Part shown: in pieces, positions 26,401 to 38,437 of the stretch
Position numbering within the stretch: the first letter of the stretch is position 1
How the letters are laid out: each line of letters starts with the position of its first letter
Assembly: GCA_951406725.2 (NCBI GenBank)
Contig: OX597815.1
Span: forward strand, 32,922,001-32,986,000
Source: Octopus vulgaris
Lineage: Eukaryota
DNA length: 64,000 bases
Direction of reading: 5' to 3'
Translations under genes and position numbers: made by a program
The notes under the pieces: generated by a model
Told to the model about the DNA's origin: nothing
What the model saw: the letters and a program-made list of their open reading frames with translations, nothing else
Databases searched by the model: none

Positions 26401-29400
26401 CACCTATACTAAAGTGTTTGTATGTAAATTGAGATCTTGATCACATGGTAGTATGAAATTCTATTTGTGAATATAACATTCACCAATATATTAATTTATA
26501 TATATTTTATTAAGACCTTTGAAAACCTTGATCATGTTGAAAATTAATTGTAACAGATAGGTAGTCCATTAATTAGAAATATATTCCTGGAAGGCTTAAT
26601 CTTGAAGTTAATAGATAACAGTTTAACAGATTAATTCTGCTGGTTATAAATCCTTTTCCCTCTAATATCCTTTGTTTATTAAAAAGAAATTATTAAATGT
26701 TTTTATGTTTATATATTTATTAGCTAAACTGGCAAAATGACCATTCCTAGATACAACAATATTAAATGTTTTATTTTTCAGGATTGCCTTTCATGAGGGC
26801 TTAAGGCGTGGCTGGTTGTCTTATACTGACATCTGGACCCTGGCACAAGGAACTTGTTACAGTGACTTGTGTAAACGCACTGGTCAAGATCTTTTGGAGG
26901 TGAGTTAACATCTGGTCCAGTGAGTTTCAACTGGAGTCCATATAAGATTTTGTTGTTAAAATTTATCTGCAATACGTTGGTTATACTTCTACAAAACATA
27001 AAGTATACTTTAACAATTTTTTAAAATACAATTTCTAATAATATTTGATTCTAAAAATATTATACGATTTTTTAAACATCGAATGTCTAGGAGAGTCCAT
27101 CCGAGTAAAATAGGAATCAATGGGTTCCATTAGTAAAAAATGGTTGAGAACCACTGATCTAGTCAAGGCAATTATGTGCTCTCTTGTTATGTGGGTTGGG
27201 TGAAAATGTGTTATACAATTTTAGGCTATATGCATGAAACAGAAGTGAGCAAGCGAAGAATGACTTGATGCTCATGAAGTTGTATTGTAAATCCGAACAG
27301 CAGTTATACTAATTATATAAAAATAGATATATCCATTTGTTTTTTAAAGCTGACTCAGATGCCACTGTAATAAGATTTCTTTGTTCCTTGAAATTTATAT
27401 GATACTATATTTTATATATTTATTGCTTTAGTGTCATTTTTCTGTACCTGCTCGTGAGGTAATATTACTTCTGGAGTAATTGTATTTTGTAGTTAGATAA
27501 TATCCATCCTACTGCCAACTATTCTTCTCTGAAGTAACAATGGAGCATGTATTTTGCTCAGTCATACAAACTGGAACTAGCAGTTCTTGTGCAGATTGTT
27601 GCATCACTGACCAGTATTCTACTTGTATGATAATACTTCTATCACATAGTCTGAGTGTTTCATTGATATTATTGTGCATGTTGATTGTCACTTATCTGTA
27701 GCAATTCAACTGTAGGTAGTTATAGCTTGTCTGATAAAAAAGTTCATGTTGTGAAAGTAGTCTACTATTTGCTAACTCTGTTGATAGCAACAGAACTTTT
27801 AAAATGCCATCATATTTTTAGCTTATTTATGAGAGCATATTATCCTAATAATATTTAGAATACTAAATGTATAGTTATTTTATAGCAGATATTTCTAGTG
27901 TTTTTCTAGCGGTGTCATATGAAATTGTCACCCATAATTATGACCCTAGTATCGATCTACTGCATTTCAATCTATTTTAGAGTTAAGGGTGGGGGAAGGG
28001 TATCTTTTTTTCTTCACAAATGTAAATAAACCCATTCCCAGAATGCTTTTTAACTCAATAGACGCCAGTGATTGGTTGAAATTGCAGAAGTTGAAGAAAT
28101 TAAAGACCAAATATCTTATAAACTATAGAATTTTCTCAATAAAGCCAAGAGAAAAAGATGTTTTATAAATGCATTCTACCAGTATACGAAGTTTAAAATT
28201 TTTTAGTTACCTAGAAATTATGTTAAAAACTGCCGTTCAAACCGAAAAGATCCCAAGTAATTTCCTTGAAGAAAACTGATGTTAATAAAATATAATTAGG
28301 AAGGAAAGTATTTCAAATTTGAATGATTTAAATCAAATTTTTGAACAATAAATCAATCTATGATGTTACCTTTCTGTTCTTTTTTGTAGATCTTTGCTGC
28401 GAGTTCTGTGGCTTATGTTGCTGGTGTGTTGACTCTTCTGGCATCTTCCCTGTTAACAGTGTCATTGACAACTAGGTTGACTGCTTTGATTAGCCATCCT
28501 GCAGCTTCCTCTTTGCTTCCTAATCGTCACCTGTTGTTGCCTGAATATTGCCCCACTAATCCATATGAGATAGATGAGGTAATATTTGATCCAACACTTA
28601 ACATGGAGAGTCTGTATGGCATTGAAGATTCTTTAGTTTGGAAATCTTTGATTTCCTATGGTAACTTTCCAAAACAGATATCACTTAAATGCAAGGCAGA
28701 AAATGTTTGTCAGTTAATCGGTGCCAGTGACCAGAGCAGTTGTATTAGTGCAGCTACATCCCCCCAGGTATCTTTGAATCAGGAAAATGAATCTGAAATT
28801 TGGACTCTGCAAAAACTGTTGGAAATGACTCAGGCTAGTGCTGTTATGAACAACATCCAGCAAAGAAAGAGTGGTGAGTCACAAGATAGAATATTGGCTG
28901 AAGATAACATTCCTTCTGAACAACCACAAGAAACAACTTTGACTGCTGATGATGGTCATTTGTCAAGATTAGTGCCACATGTGTCTATTAGTACTGCATT
29001 ACTGAATCTTGCTGCTTTGTTTTCACTGAAATCACCAACACCACATGAATTTGACAAGGAAGTTGGTCACTGCAAACACTGTCGAAGCCATCACCATTCA
29101 GTATCTTCTCCAAAAGTTAATGCATCTTTTCCACGATGCCAAAAAGAAGCTGCTCAATCGATGAAATGCTCTTGGTCTCAAATTCGAAGCTGCTTAAGAT
29201 CTCGAAAGTCACCTGAAAACGAAAGTCCTTTAAACTCTGATTCTGAAAATTCTTCCTTACTCACTGCTTTTGCTTCACCACCAACTTCTTGTCCCTTGAC
29301 TGTTTCACCATCTCTGTTACCAAATTACCAGCTGAATAACCCTGTCTTAAACATCCCAAATTCTTCTCAATCTTTTGCAAGGTTAACACGCGATGAAAGT

Positions 29401-29592
29401 TTCTCCAATTGTTCTGATACTGATGGAGGGACACACAATCGAAATCATGTCTATGAAAAACAGAAGGAAAGCCCTTTGGCTTTCAAGGTTCCAAACTTCT
29501 CTCGTTCCTCTATCCGGTCATGTTCCAATCTGGTGTCCTCATCCCATCTACGTCCACCTGGGATCACTAATTTAATTATTAATTCCTGCTAG
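12665..29592 (+). CDS. CNPPD1: CNPPD1 ortholog (cyclin Pas1/PHO80 domain-containing protein 1), 8 coding exons, 626 aa
   Basis: Spliced by eye: 69+97+82+121+129+62+118+1203 = 1881 nt, all GT-AG, phases 0,1,2,0,0,2,0 consistent. Peptides [57 protein letters not shown], DWRL and GWLSYTD match recalled CNPPD1 motifs ([44 protein letters not shown]). Confidence 0.93.
14125..14526. mobile_element. MITE with ~90-bp TIRs in CNPPD1 intron 1
   Basis: aacataatgtaatcaacctactcac... versus ...gtgagtagattggttacattatgtt; TA flanks. Confidence 0.75.
16261..16357 (+). CDS. CNPPD1: CNPPD1 exon 2 (RSAEHIELTEQLCKTLYYGNGASTDYPSLPLT)
   Basis: tttcag acceptor, G|gtaagt donor, LYYG motif. Confidence 0.9.
16682..16970 (-). 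mobile_element. tRNA-derived SINE (head shared with 53451-53838, different tail)
   Basis: Minus head gtggaggcgcaatggcccagtggttagggcagcgg. Confidence 0.8.
18400..19110 (+). mobile_element. 3' end of restriction-like-endonuclease LINE (R4/Dong/NeSL-like), degenerate
   Basis: CKHNKPDIVIW..VVEIS and FIPVIIGALGYV..KICKTF motifs; shorter copy at 63198-63458. Confidence 0.8.
19778..19859 (+). CDS. CNPPD1: CNPPD1 exon 3 (EIAVKFFQDAAPRSLGKVDMFLASSMTK)
   Basis: Polypyrimidine tract + ccag acceptor, gtgagt donor; matches IAVELLQKAAP-type segment. Confidence 0.9.
20400..20520 (+). CDS. CNPPD1: CNPPD1 exon 4, cyclin box ([40 protein letters not shown])
   Basis: ttcttag acceptor, gtaaga donor; PHO80-type cyclin fold. 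Confidence 0.93.
21745..21873 (+). CDS. CNPPD1: CNPPD1 exon 5 ([43 protein letters not shown])
   Basis: tttag acceptor, gtaagt donor; ASKYLYD cyclin signature. Confidence 0.95.
24247..24308 (+). CDS. CNPPD1: CNPPD1 exon 6 (DWRLMVKKEEFNLLLYSVEK)
   Basis: ttacag acceptor, gtatgt donor; DWxL motif closing the cyclin box. Confidence 0.9.
26782..26899 (+). CDS. CNPPD1: CNPPD1 exon 7 (IAFHEGLRRGWLSYTDIWTLAQGTCYSDLCKRTGQDLLE)
   Basis: tttttcag acceptor, gtgagt donor; RRGWxxYTD motif. Confidence 0.92.
28390..29592 (+). CDS. CNPPD1: CNPPD1 terminal exon: hydrophobic helix plus long Ser/Pro-rich tail
   Basis: tttttgtag acceptor in frame with the 394-aa ORF 28408..29592; IFAASSVAYVAGVLTLLAS matches the xxVAYV hydrophobic segment; ends TAG. 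Confidence 0.9.
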   Translation: MFAASSVAYVAGVLTLLASSLLTVSLTTRLTALISHPAASSLLPNRHLLLPEYCPTNPYEIDEVIFDPTLNMESLYGIEDSLVWKSLISYGNFPKQISLKCKAENVCQLIGASDQSSCISAATSPQVSLNQENESEIWTLQKLLEMTQASAVMNNIQQRKSGESQDRILAEDNIPSEQPQETTLTADDGHLSRLVPHVSISTALLNLAALFSLKSPTPHEFDKEVGHCKHCRSHHHSVSSPKVNASFPRCQKEAAQSMKCSWSQIRSCLRSRKSPENESPLNSDSENSSLLTAFASPPTSCPLTVSPSLLPNYQLNNPVLNIPNSSQSFARLTRDESFSNCSDTDGGTHNRNHVYEKQKESPLAFKVPNFSRSSIRSCSNLVSSSHLRPPGITNLIINSC

Positions 29593-31262
29593 ATTAAAAT
29601 AGGATAACTCTTGTGTCACCTTTAGCTAAACCCAACTATTGGCTATTTTATAATTTTCTAATTATTTTATAAAACTCCTCCCTATATGTCACCCTGTTGA
29701 TCCTTCCCAGAATTATAAATCTTCAGATTGTCTAAGTGCCTTCTGAGATTTTGAATCCCATACAAAAAGCAGAAAGGGAAAAATAGCATTACACTTGCTA
29801 TCTTTTTGTTAAAAGTGTGTTAATGTTTTTCCTTGATTTAAGAATATAGTAATTATAAGCAGAAATAGATAAGGGTGATTTAGATGCATTTTTGTTGAAC
29901 CTTCCTCTTTTTTTTTTTCCATATTCAATATTATGTTTGTATTTTTGTCATCATTTTATTGGTTTGGTTTAAAAAAAAAAAATGGAGAATATTTAAGTTC
30001 TGTTTATATATTCTGTTTGGCTTTTTGAAATTTATAACTGAATTTCTGGGTTTGCTTTTTATTTTTTAGAAATCTGATTACTTCATAAAATATGATTTAC
30101 GACAGTTCTACGTGTTAGGTATGACCTTTAGTTGATAGTGACAAATACACATACACCAAAACACGTACATGCATATATATGCACATATATATATGTGTAT
30201 ATATATATATATATTCAGTTGCTTCTACATCACCATAATGTAGGCATTTTCATAGGAACTTTCTATGAGGTTGATCATACTGCTGGAAAATGCTGTGGGG
30301 TTTTAAATTTCCCTCTTATGTCCTAAAAATATCAGAATGTGCAGTATCATATCCAATTAGATGTGGATATATGGCATATACAACACTATAGTCCTGTGTG
30401 CCACATTCAAATAGTCAGCTGACTACATGTCAGAAGTCTGCTCAAAGCATTTATGTTTGTGATTCTGGATTGATATTTCAATTTTATATTCTAATTATTC
30501 TGTATTATTCTGAGTTTGAAATTATTCTAAATTTATGATAATTTGTAGATTGTAAAACTTGTGTTCAGTGTTGATTATCACATGATGGCATGGCAAATTT
30601 AACCATTTGGTCATGGCCATGTCCATGTTTACACAGACATGAATATCATGCTTGCTAGATCCAGCTGTCATCACACACACACACACATGCACGTGCACCA
30701 TGTATACAAAGAGCTGAAGCATAAACTATGCTCTAATGACTGTTTGACAGGAAATTTTGATATTACCTCAGTTTTTATCAGGAAGTTAATTCAGTCCCCT
30801 TCATAGACTGATTTCATGGGCGTTACATTGTACCATGTTACCCCATATGTTCTAATGCTATGGATTAACTGAATCTGCTGGTTAAAATTATAATCGATGG
30901 TTATATGCTGTGGTTAAAGCTTAATAGGGGTTTTTATTGTTGGGATATGTTTGCAAACTGCAAATAGCTTGATGGTCAATCCCATGACCTTTCATGATTA
31001 GTAGGTATCTGTTTTAGCCTAAGTTGGTGATAAGTTGTGATACTTGTACCTCAGTCAAAGGCATTTACATAAGAAGGTGAAACAACTACAACTAGATATC
31101 AAATCTGGTGCTTTTGTTTGGCAGCAGATTATTGCTTATGTTATAGCAGTTGTCTGCAATTAACAAATCCATGTGATTTATTGGAATTCATATTAACTGG
31201 AGCAGTTTTGTGTTATGATGTTTCTACACACTACTTATCCACTTCTAAATGGTAACTTTTAA

Positions 31263-31323
31263 ACTATTTCCTATTAAAGTTACCAGTCTCATATGTAGAC
31301 TGGTAACTTTAATAGGAAATAGT
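31263..31323. repeat. Perfect hairpin, 27-bp arms with 7-nt loop
   Basis: actatttcctattaaagttaccagtct-catatgt-agactggtaactttaataggaaatagt. Confidence 0.95.
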
Positions 31324-31619
31324 CGTATGTTCTTCAAGTTGAAATTCTAGTTTTTCTCCCATTGAATTATGATGCTGTTGCAGAAAATTGCTAGTTTCTT
31401 TGGCTTCTACTGTTTTACTATGTTGTAGAACTATGACAATTGTTTACTATGTTATTTATGCTGTTTATAATGAGGATGTCTGAAGCTATTAGCACACAAT
31501 TAAGACACTAATACACATAAAATCTTTTAAGTTTGATAGTTCTGTAAGAATTGAGCAAAATATATGCACAGAAGGGGTATACACTTTCAGATACTGGTCA
31601 TTTGACATGAGGATTTTAT

Positions 31620-31950
31620 AATAATAATAATAATAATAATTATAATTGTAATGAACTTATTATATATAGTGCTTAGGTGCACTGCAACTCAGAAAAACCA
31701 AAACTGCATGAACAGTACATAGAATATACACAGGAAGTACTTGCTAGATCCAGCTGTCATTGCACACATCCACACACGCACACACACACACACACACAAA
31801 GGAATATGAAATGGGAGTGGGGTGGGGTGCATCAAGTGCACTTTTGGCAAATTTCAGGAAGTATGGAAATTTTGAAGGATGAAGTGCATCAATTGCTAAC
31901 AACTGATGCAGTTGAGACACTACACCCTTCAAAACTACAGCAGTATAGCA
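31620..31950 (-). mobile_element. Old CR1-like 3' fragment with (TTA)n tail
   Basis: Similar to 2509-2780 (ctcaggtgcac..., ggaagtatggaaattttgaaggatg). Confidence 0.7.
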
Positions 31951-32990
31951 CTTAGTACTGATGGAAACGCATTTATACTGTAACTTCTCATTTATCATGC
32001 TTCAGACTTTGAATTTATGTAAGGAAGAATTGTACAGAGGTTTTACCATAAATTTTCTTCATATTACTTAAAATAGGTACATTTAAAAAAAAATTAGTTT
32101 TATTGATAGTCTTTACCAAAAATGTGAACTGATCTAATGTCATATTTTATCAAGTTGTCAGATTAATAATGCTTGATATATTACCAGACTCTTGCTTTTC
32201 ATCTGGAGTAAGAAAGGTTAGCATTTTCCATCTCTTTATGACAAGTTTCTGAAGTCCATTCTTATCTTGTGAAAACCAAAAGTTCAACCAAACATATGTT
32301 ATGGCTTATCATTTATTCTATTAATTTTTAGGCCTATATTTTGTTATACCCTTCTTCCCACAAGCTTTGTTTTAATGTAAATTTAGCAAAAGGAAATACA
32401 TACATGAGTAAAAAATGACATTTTTGTGTTAACTTGAAATATAGCCTAACATTGAATGTATCCTAGAATCTTGTATTATCTGATAGAAGTGACTGGAAGC
32501 AAATAATAAAAGAACAAGAAAATTCTTCTTGGATGCTACGATTTACCTTTGGTGTCTTATTAATTTTCATGGTTTTGAATTTATTTTCATCATCACCCCC
32601 ATTTAATGTCCATTTTCCGTGTTGGCGAAAAACTGAGGTTGGTAGGACAGTTTTTTGTTTTTCAATTTTCTTTTATATAAGATGCTTAAAACACTTAAAA
32701 GAAGACTTAAAAGGGATTTTAATAAATAGTGTTGCAAAAAATGTGGCAGGAGCCCTCTTATGATGTGACAGTCTTAATAAAAATACAAGTTTCAGGAATG
32801 TGATTGTTCTGTTCGAACAAACTAGACTGCAGTAGATACCAAGAGAGAAATTCTATAGGCTTTTGGTGCAAAATGCATGCTTGTTTATATTTACTGCAGC
32901 ATATTTGTTCTAACAAAGACCCACATTTATGTAGGGATAAATATTACCTCTCGATATTAACACTGTTTCTGTTGCTAATATATGTTTTAA

Positions 32991-33297
32991 CCCCTTACCC
33001 GGCAGAAACGAATATATACGTTTTGACCAAAATCGTTTTTTTTCTATCTCTGGCGAGTTAACTCGTCAAAAGATAGACTCGCCAAATTGACAGCAAACGA
33101 GTTCCTTCGTCTAAAACGGGTTAACTCGTTTCTGCCCAAAGCGGTAATTTAAAATCAATATTATTGAATTAAAATTCATAATAAATAAGGTTTGAAATAT
33201 ACCTCGAAATCACCATTCAAAACATAGTAAAATAAAACAATTAAAAAATATGTCTGAAAAAATACATTTATTTTCAAAATAATTGTTGGGTAAGGGG
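32991..33297. mobile_element. piggyBac-like non-autonomous element
   Basis: TTAA|ccccttaccc ... gggtaagggg|TTAA. Confidence 0.85.
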
Positions 33298-35829
33298 TTA
33301 AGAATGTTGGCAGAAAGTAGAAAAGTGAAGGTATTTGGACAAGTCTATGTTGAAAAGTATGGTGGTTGGGTTGTTCAAGTTATTGGTTACTGCCTCTGGT
33401 TAAGTAAGATGTATAAAGTGCTTTTGACTATGTAGAAGAAGGCTTTTATTGCAAGGGTCAGTTGAATCAATTGACTACTTATCAACTAGCTTCAATCTCT
33501 GTTCTATTGATATATTGTTCGGGAACCTGCCTTTTCTACTGCTACTACAATCTAGTAATCTCTGCTCTTTGGAGTTGGATGATTTTGTACCACATCCAAT
33601 TGGGACTACATAACTTCTCTTTCCTTTCATCACCCTTATTGTATCCCACATCCTGGCCCCCCACATCAACCACTATTCCCAGTCCTTCCTCTCCAGCTTT
33701 CTGCAAGAAACTTGTCTAGATTTGCTTCTGCAGCTATCAACTTGCAGTTCAAGAAATCAGCAGAGTCATTCTCACTGGTCTCGTGGCATGGGTGCTGAGC
33801 CTTTTCCTCTAGAGTTTAAAAAAAATATCTTCTGGTGAGACAAAGGATAGGCAAACTTGGGCTGGCGTTTATCAACTCTTGATTGATGCCCTACAATCCT
33901 TGATAGGCCATTGGGTCATCATTGACGTCTTAGTATCCATGATCAATATTCACTGTTACTAGTCGTAGGCGTAAACGAAATCACTTTACGAACCTCTCCT
34001 TATTTGTACACTGGTGGAATAAGCTCCGTGTATTTTAAAATCACGCCAATATTAAAATAAAAAATATATGAAACAAACTAATAGAATGGTTAGTGTCATA
34101 AAATCCGTTACAGTAATAGTTACACTCCTTTATCGTTAAAATGTAACTTTAAATAATAAAACTAGTGGTCAAGTCGTAAGTAGGATGAGAGTTACCTCCC
34201 TTGAATAATTCACTAACTTTCAGGCATTCCCGCTCAGTTATGAGTTGAAACCACGCCGATGTCAATTTTGCTTTTCATCCTTCCGAAATTGATAAAATAA
34301 ACTGCACGTTAACTGCTAGGGTACATATTACCAACTGTCACTTTGCTTCAAATTTGAGGCCTTTGTATTCATGTAAGAAATCAACATTTTACATTCCATT
34401 TTTTAAAAATTGGGCCGAAGTTCGCTTCGTTGCCAGATGTTACTGCATTTGTTTTCAGATTTGCTTTCATTTTCCATAGAGCAACTTAACCAGTTCTGTG
34501 CCACTTTGGGAATTCTCTTCTTACTTTGCCTCTCCTTCAGTACCTGACATGCAACAGTTTGCCCCAGTATCAGAAACCTTGTGGTGCGTCAGGGGCTCTG
34601 CTCTTTCCCGTTAGTAAAAACGACGATAAAAAAAAAAAAAAGAAAAGACTTAAAAATTTTTTCTACTTTTCGAATATTCTATATTTTTTATTTACCGATG
34701 CAGACCATCATTGGTTTTCTCGGATTCTATTGTTTTCCTTTGGTTAACGAGCTGACATATTACAATCCGGCCAATATTGTCTAGTGATAATCCTTTAAAA
34801 AGTTGTAATCGGTTTCGATTCTTATTTAAAGCCATTTTGCTTCAGTTACACCATTAGTGCTCTTATGAATACCATGACGGTCAAGACATAACATTAAATA
34901 ACCTCAGCAGTGTAAAAACTGTTTTAAAAAATCGTTTGTTTTAAGGCCACTTCATTCGTTGCCAGATATGCAAAGTTACTATACTGGTTTTCATTTTTGC
35001 TTCCACTCCCCCATCTGAACTATGGAAGAATTCTCTCGTGGAGTAGCTTCTCTTTATCCTTCCCACCTCATGCCGCTAAGGGTGTGATTATTCCTTTTCC
35101 AACAAGATGTCAACTTCTATATTTTGCATTGAACAACAACCAATCCTGCTTCACTTTGGAGGTCTTTTTGTTGACTTGTTTAGTAGCTACAGAAAGCTTT
35201 GGCCGGGACTGAATTGGCCTAACTATAACAATGATCAATAAATCAAATACATCTTAATATACTGTTTTTAAAAGTACCGTAACTAAATACCGTACGACAT
35301 TTTGTTCGACGCTCTTACGATTCCGTGTAACTGCCTCGTTTAGTGCATCTTACTATATAAAATTGGATGTATGTTCTATGATGTAGATAGTTTTGCAACT
35401 AGGTAACTGAATTTTAGCATAAACGGCCATAGACATTTTTAGGAAAATGTCACAGACAATAACTCTTTTTCTAAAAATTCCTTCTTTTTAGTCTCCGATA
35501 GAAAACCATTGGAATAAACTTTGGGAAAAGTCAGATCAGAAAATTAATTTGTTTACAGCAATTATGTAAACTAGTAAAGAAAAAACTAACAAAAAAAAAT
35601 GTTCAAAAAATAAAAGTCTTTAGGTCTCTTCGGTTTCACACACCAGATCCTATTTTTTCCACCATCTTATCTGTATCTCTAGCGATGTCCACTCTGTTGC
35701 AAGCATTCGGAACACATCTCTGGTTCGAGGATAGCTTCACCTCCTTCATTATTGTCGCGGAGGCGTTGGAAAATGTAAAAGGACATGGTTACCGCTTTTT
35801 TCCTCTGATGAAGGGATACAAAAATCTAA

Positions 35830-36201
35830 TCTTTATATATAAAAGTCAAGTTGTGTGTCTATCTCCTACGATTTAGATTCCTAACTACTCCCACATTTTG
35901 CGGTGCAGTTTAACCAAAACCAGGTATCTTATAGTCGTGATTCATATCGAGCCCTTCTGGGTATTAGCGCGCGTCTACGATTTTTAAAAAAAATTATCAT
36001 TTTTTCCATTTTAATGCATTTTTTCGCTATTATATAAGGGAAGTAACTCTCTAAAAATGTCTACGATGAGTCAACGATTTTAAAGCAAATTTACCATAAT
36101 TCTTTTTCCATTTTTTTGCTATTTTTTGGCTATAACTCTTTAAAAATGCTTATATAGTTATTTCCCTTACAAACCCGAGCAACGCCGGGCGATACTGCTA
36201 G
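35830..36201 (+). mobile_element. Non-autonomous Helitron-type element
   Basis: 5' TC..tatatataaaa start; 3' cccgagcaacgccggg hairpin + CTAG followed by T. Confidence 0.82.
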
Positions 36202-37580
36202 TGTATTATATAATATTCATGTAGCTAATCTTGAACTAACATTTTCCCTCTCAGTAAAACTTTCTGAGTATTCTATGGATGATAGATATCAACATTGGTA
36301 GCAGCAAGAATTTTGTGAATTCGTTAGCTTGAAGTGTTGAGTCCTAGTCTCGCATAAGTAGAATAAACAAAAACGTTTTTCATGTGGGTATATGATTTTT
36401 AACATAGGTTACAAGGCTGCAGGTTTCTGGAAAGGTAGTTTGGATACGCACCACATCAAGGCAAAATAGATGCTGATGTGATTCAATTGAGAAAATGAAG
36501 GAGTGTAAGTAATTAGCGCTTGTCGTTCTGTCTATTGTCCGGTCGATATGATATAAACTATAAAATAAAACTAAAAACAAAACAAAAAAAAATGGAATTT
36601 ATTTAAATGAAAAGTGTACGTTTATTTTCATTTCTATCGAAAATTTTCCCATTTTTACAAAGCATGGTGGAAAATATTAAGTTAGAGGAATGTTTCTTAA
36701 TTATTACCACTGCATGAGATAATCCGTGGTCTGTAACGAGAAAGAAGAAATCATCATTGTATAGATTGTGTCAGATATTTAGTAGCCTCTATAAGAAAGA
36801 AAAAAAAACATTATACAGCCTGAGCCTTGCTAATCTCGCAAACTTTGATACCAAGCAGTTGCCTGAGTATAATATTTTCTGAATCAGTGATGTCTAGGAT
36901 GAAAAATGGCAAAACAAAGTATGTACTGATCTGTACTACAACACTATAGCTCTGCATATAAGTCTCTTGCATTGTACAACATTCAAGTTTAATCTATACT
37001 GACACCTTGTGTAATAGTAAAAATCACATGCTGTATTACTGCCATTTTCACCATCAGTTGGTTGCATAGAAGGTATATTTAAGGGCAAAAAATAAGTAAT
37101 ACCTGTACCTTTCTAGCAGCACCAATCAACGCAAGTCAGCTACAATGGATATAAATAGTATAGGACGTTATAGCTGACCAAGCGAGCATTACGCAAACTA
37201 AGAGTAGAGGGGATGTTAATCCTACATTTTTTCGGAAACACCTGAAAAGTTGTAGTTGGGTCCATATATCACCTGAAAATCAAAATTTCAGTACCGGTTT
37301 CAGTCATTGAGACTTTTTCAACTGTAAGTATAGAAAACAATTAAATTTGGAAAAATTCAAAGAAAAGTTTTTAAAAGAATATTTGCATAGTGTTCAAATA
37401 CAAGTGACATTTTCCTTGTTTCTGCCTGTCTCTGTCTCTCTTGTTCACTCTTGAGGGTTCGAGGTTGTTGTGAATTCTTGGTAGGGAAGAAGAAGGAGAA
37501 TGTGGGAGTGCCATGACAGTAGTATGTTGAATGGTCACCTGCCCCGAAAATGACCCGCTGTGGATGGTAGTAGATATGTA

Positions 37581-37611
<31 letters not shown>

Positions 37612-37844
37612 ATGTGTGTGTGTATATATTTGTGCCTGCGTTTGTCCCCCAACATCGCTTGACAACCGATGCTGGTGTGTTTACGTCCCCGTAACTTAGC
37701 GGTTCGGCAAAAACGACCGATAAAATAAGTACTAGGCTTACAAAGAATAAGACCTGGGGTCGATTTCTTCGACTAAACGTGGTGCTTCAGCATGGCCGCA
37801 GTCAAATGATTGAAACAAGTAAAAGAGTAATATATATATATATA

Positions 37845-38019
37845 TCTGTAAATATAGTATGTGACAATTATTCGGTAGCCATGATAAAACGCTGAGTTTC
37901 GGATGTCGGGGCGGAAATCCACGCCGGCATCTCTTCAGTTATCGAACCATCGGAAAAAAAAACTCTATTTACATAATATCAAGGTCTCTTTCATTCATTT
38001 GTTGTCTTGCCATTTCTAT

Positions 38020-38021
<2 letters not shown>
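37845..38021 (-). mobile_element. Penelope-like pLTR fragment in (TA)n carrying a hammerhead-like core
   Basis: Flanked by (TA)n on both sides; contains the motif at 37883-37943. Confidence 0.6.
37883..37943 (-). ncRNA. Type I hammerhead ribozyme-like motif
   Basis: Minus strand: GATAA-CTGAAGA-GATGCCGG..CCGACATC-C-GAAA-C(tcagc)G-TT^TTATC. Stem I GATAA/TTATC, stem II 7 of 8 bp, minimal stem III. Confidence 0.65.
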
Positions 38022-38074
<53 letters not shown>

Positions 38075-38437
38075 CTCTTCCGCCCTTTGTCATGTCTTAT
38101 TCTTCGTCCTGCAGGGTGTCCAACAATCACCCTCCTCAGCAAATAAGCTTGATGTGGGTTGCCAGTTTCGTTGCCGAGAGATACTTGGCCAAGGTACCAG
38201 GCAGTGGGACTGAACTCGGAACCATGTGGTTGGGAATTATAGATAGATAGATAGATGGCAGGGATGTTATTACATAACCGTCTAGTTATCCGGTGATCTG
38301 GTGCAAAATTGATTGTAAGATCGGCTGTAATGGATCTGTAAAACTGTATTCTTTGGTTAACATACTAACTCTATTGACTAATATACGAGTGTATATTTTT
38401 TCTGACCAATGGATTCTTTGATAACTATATATATATA

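Noticed and set aside
35800-35830. CTGATGAAGGG hammerhead-like core
   Set aside because: No GAAA half before or after the adjacent Helitron
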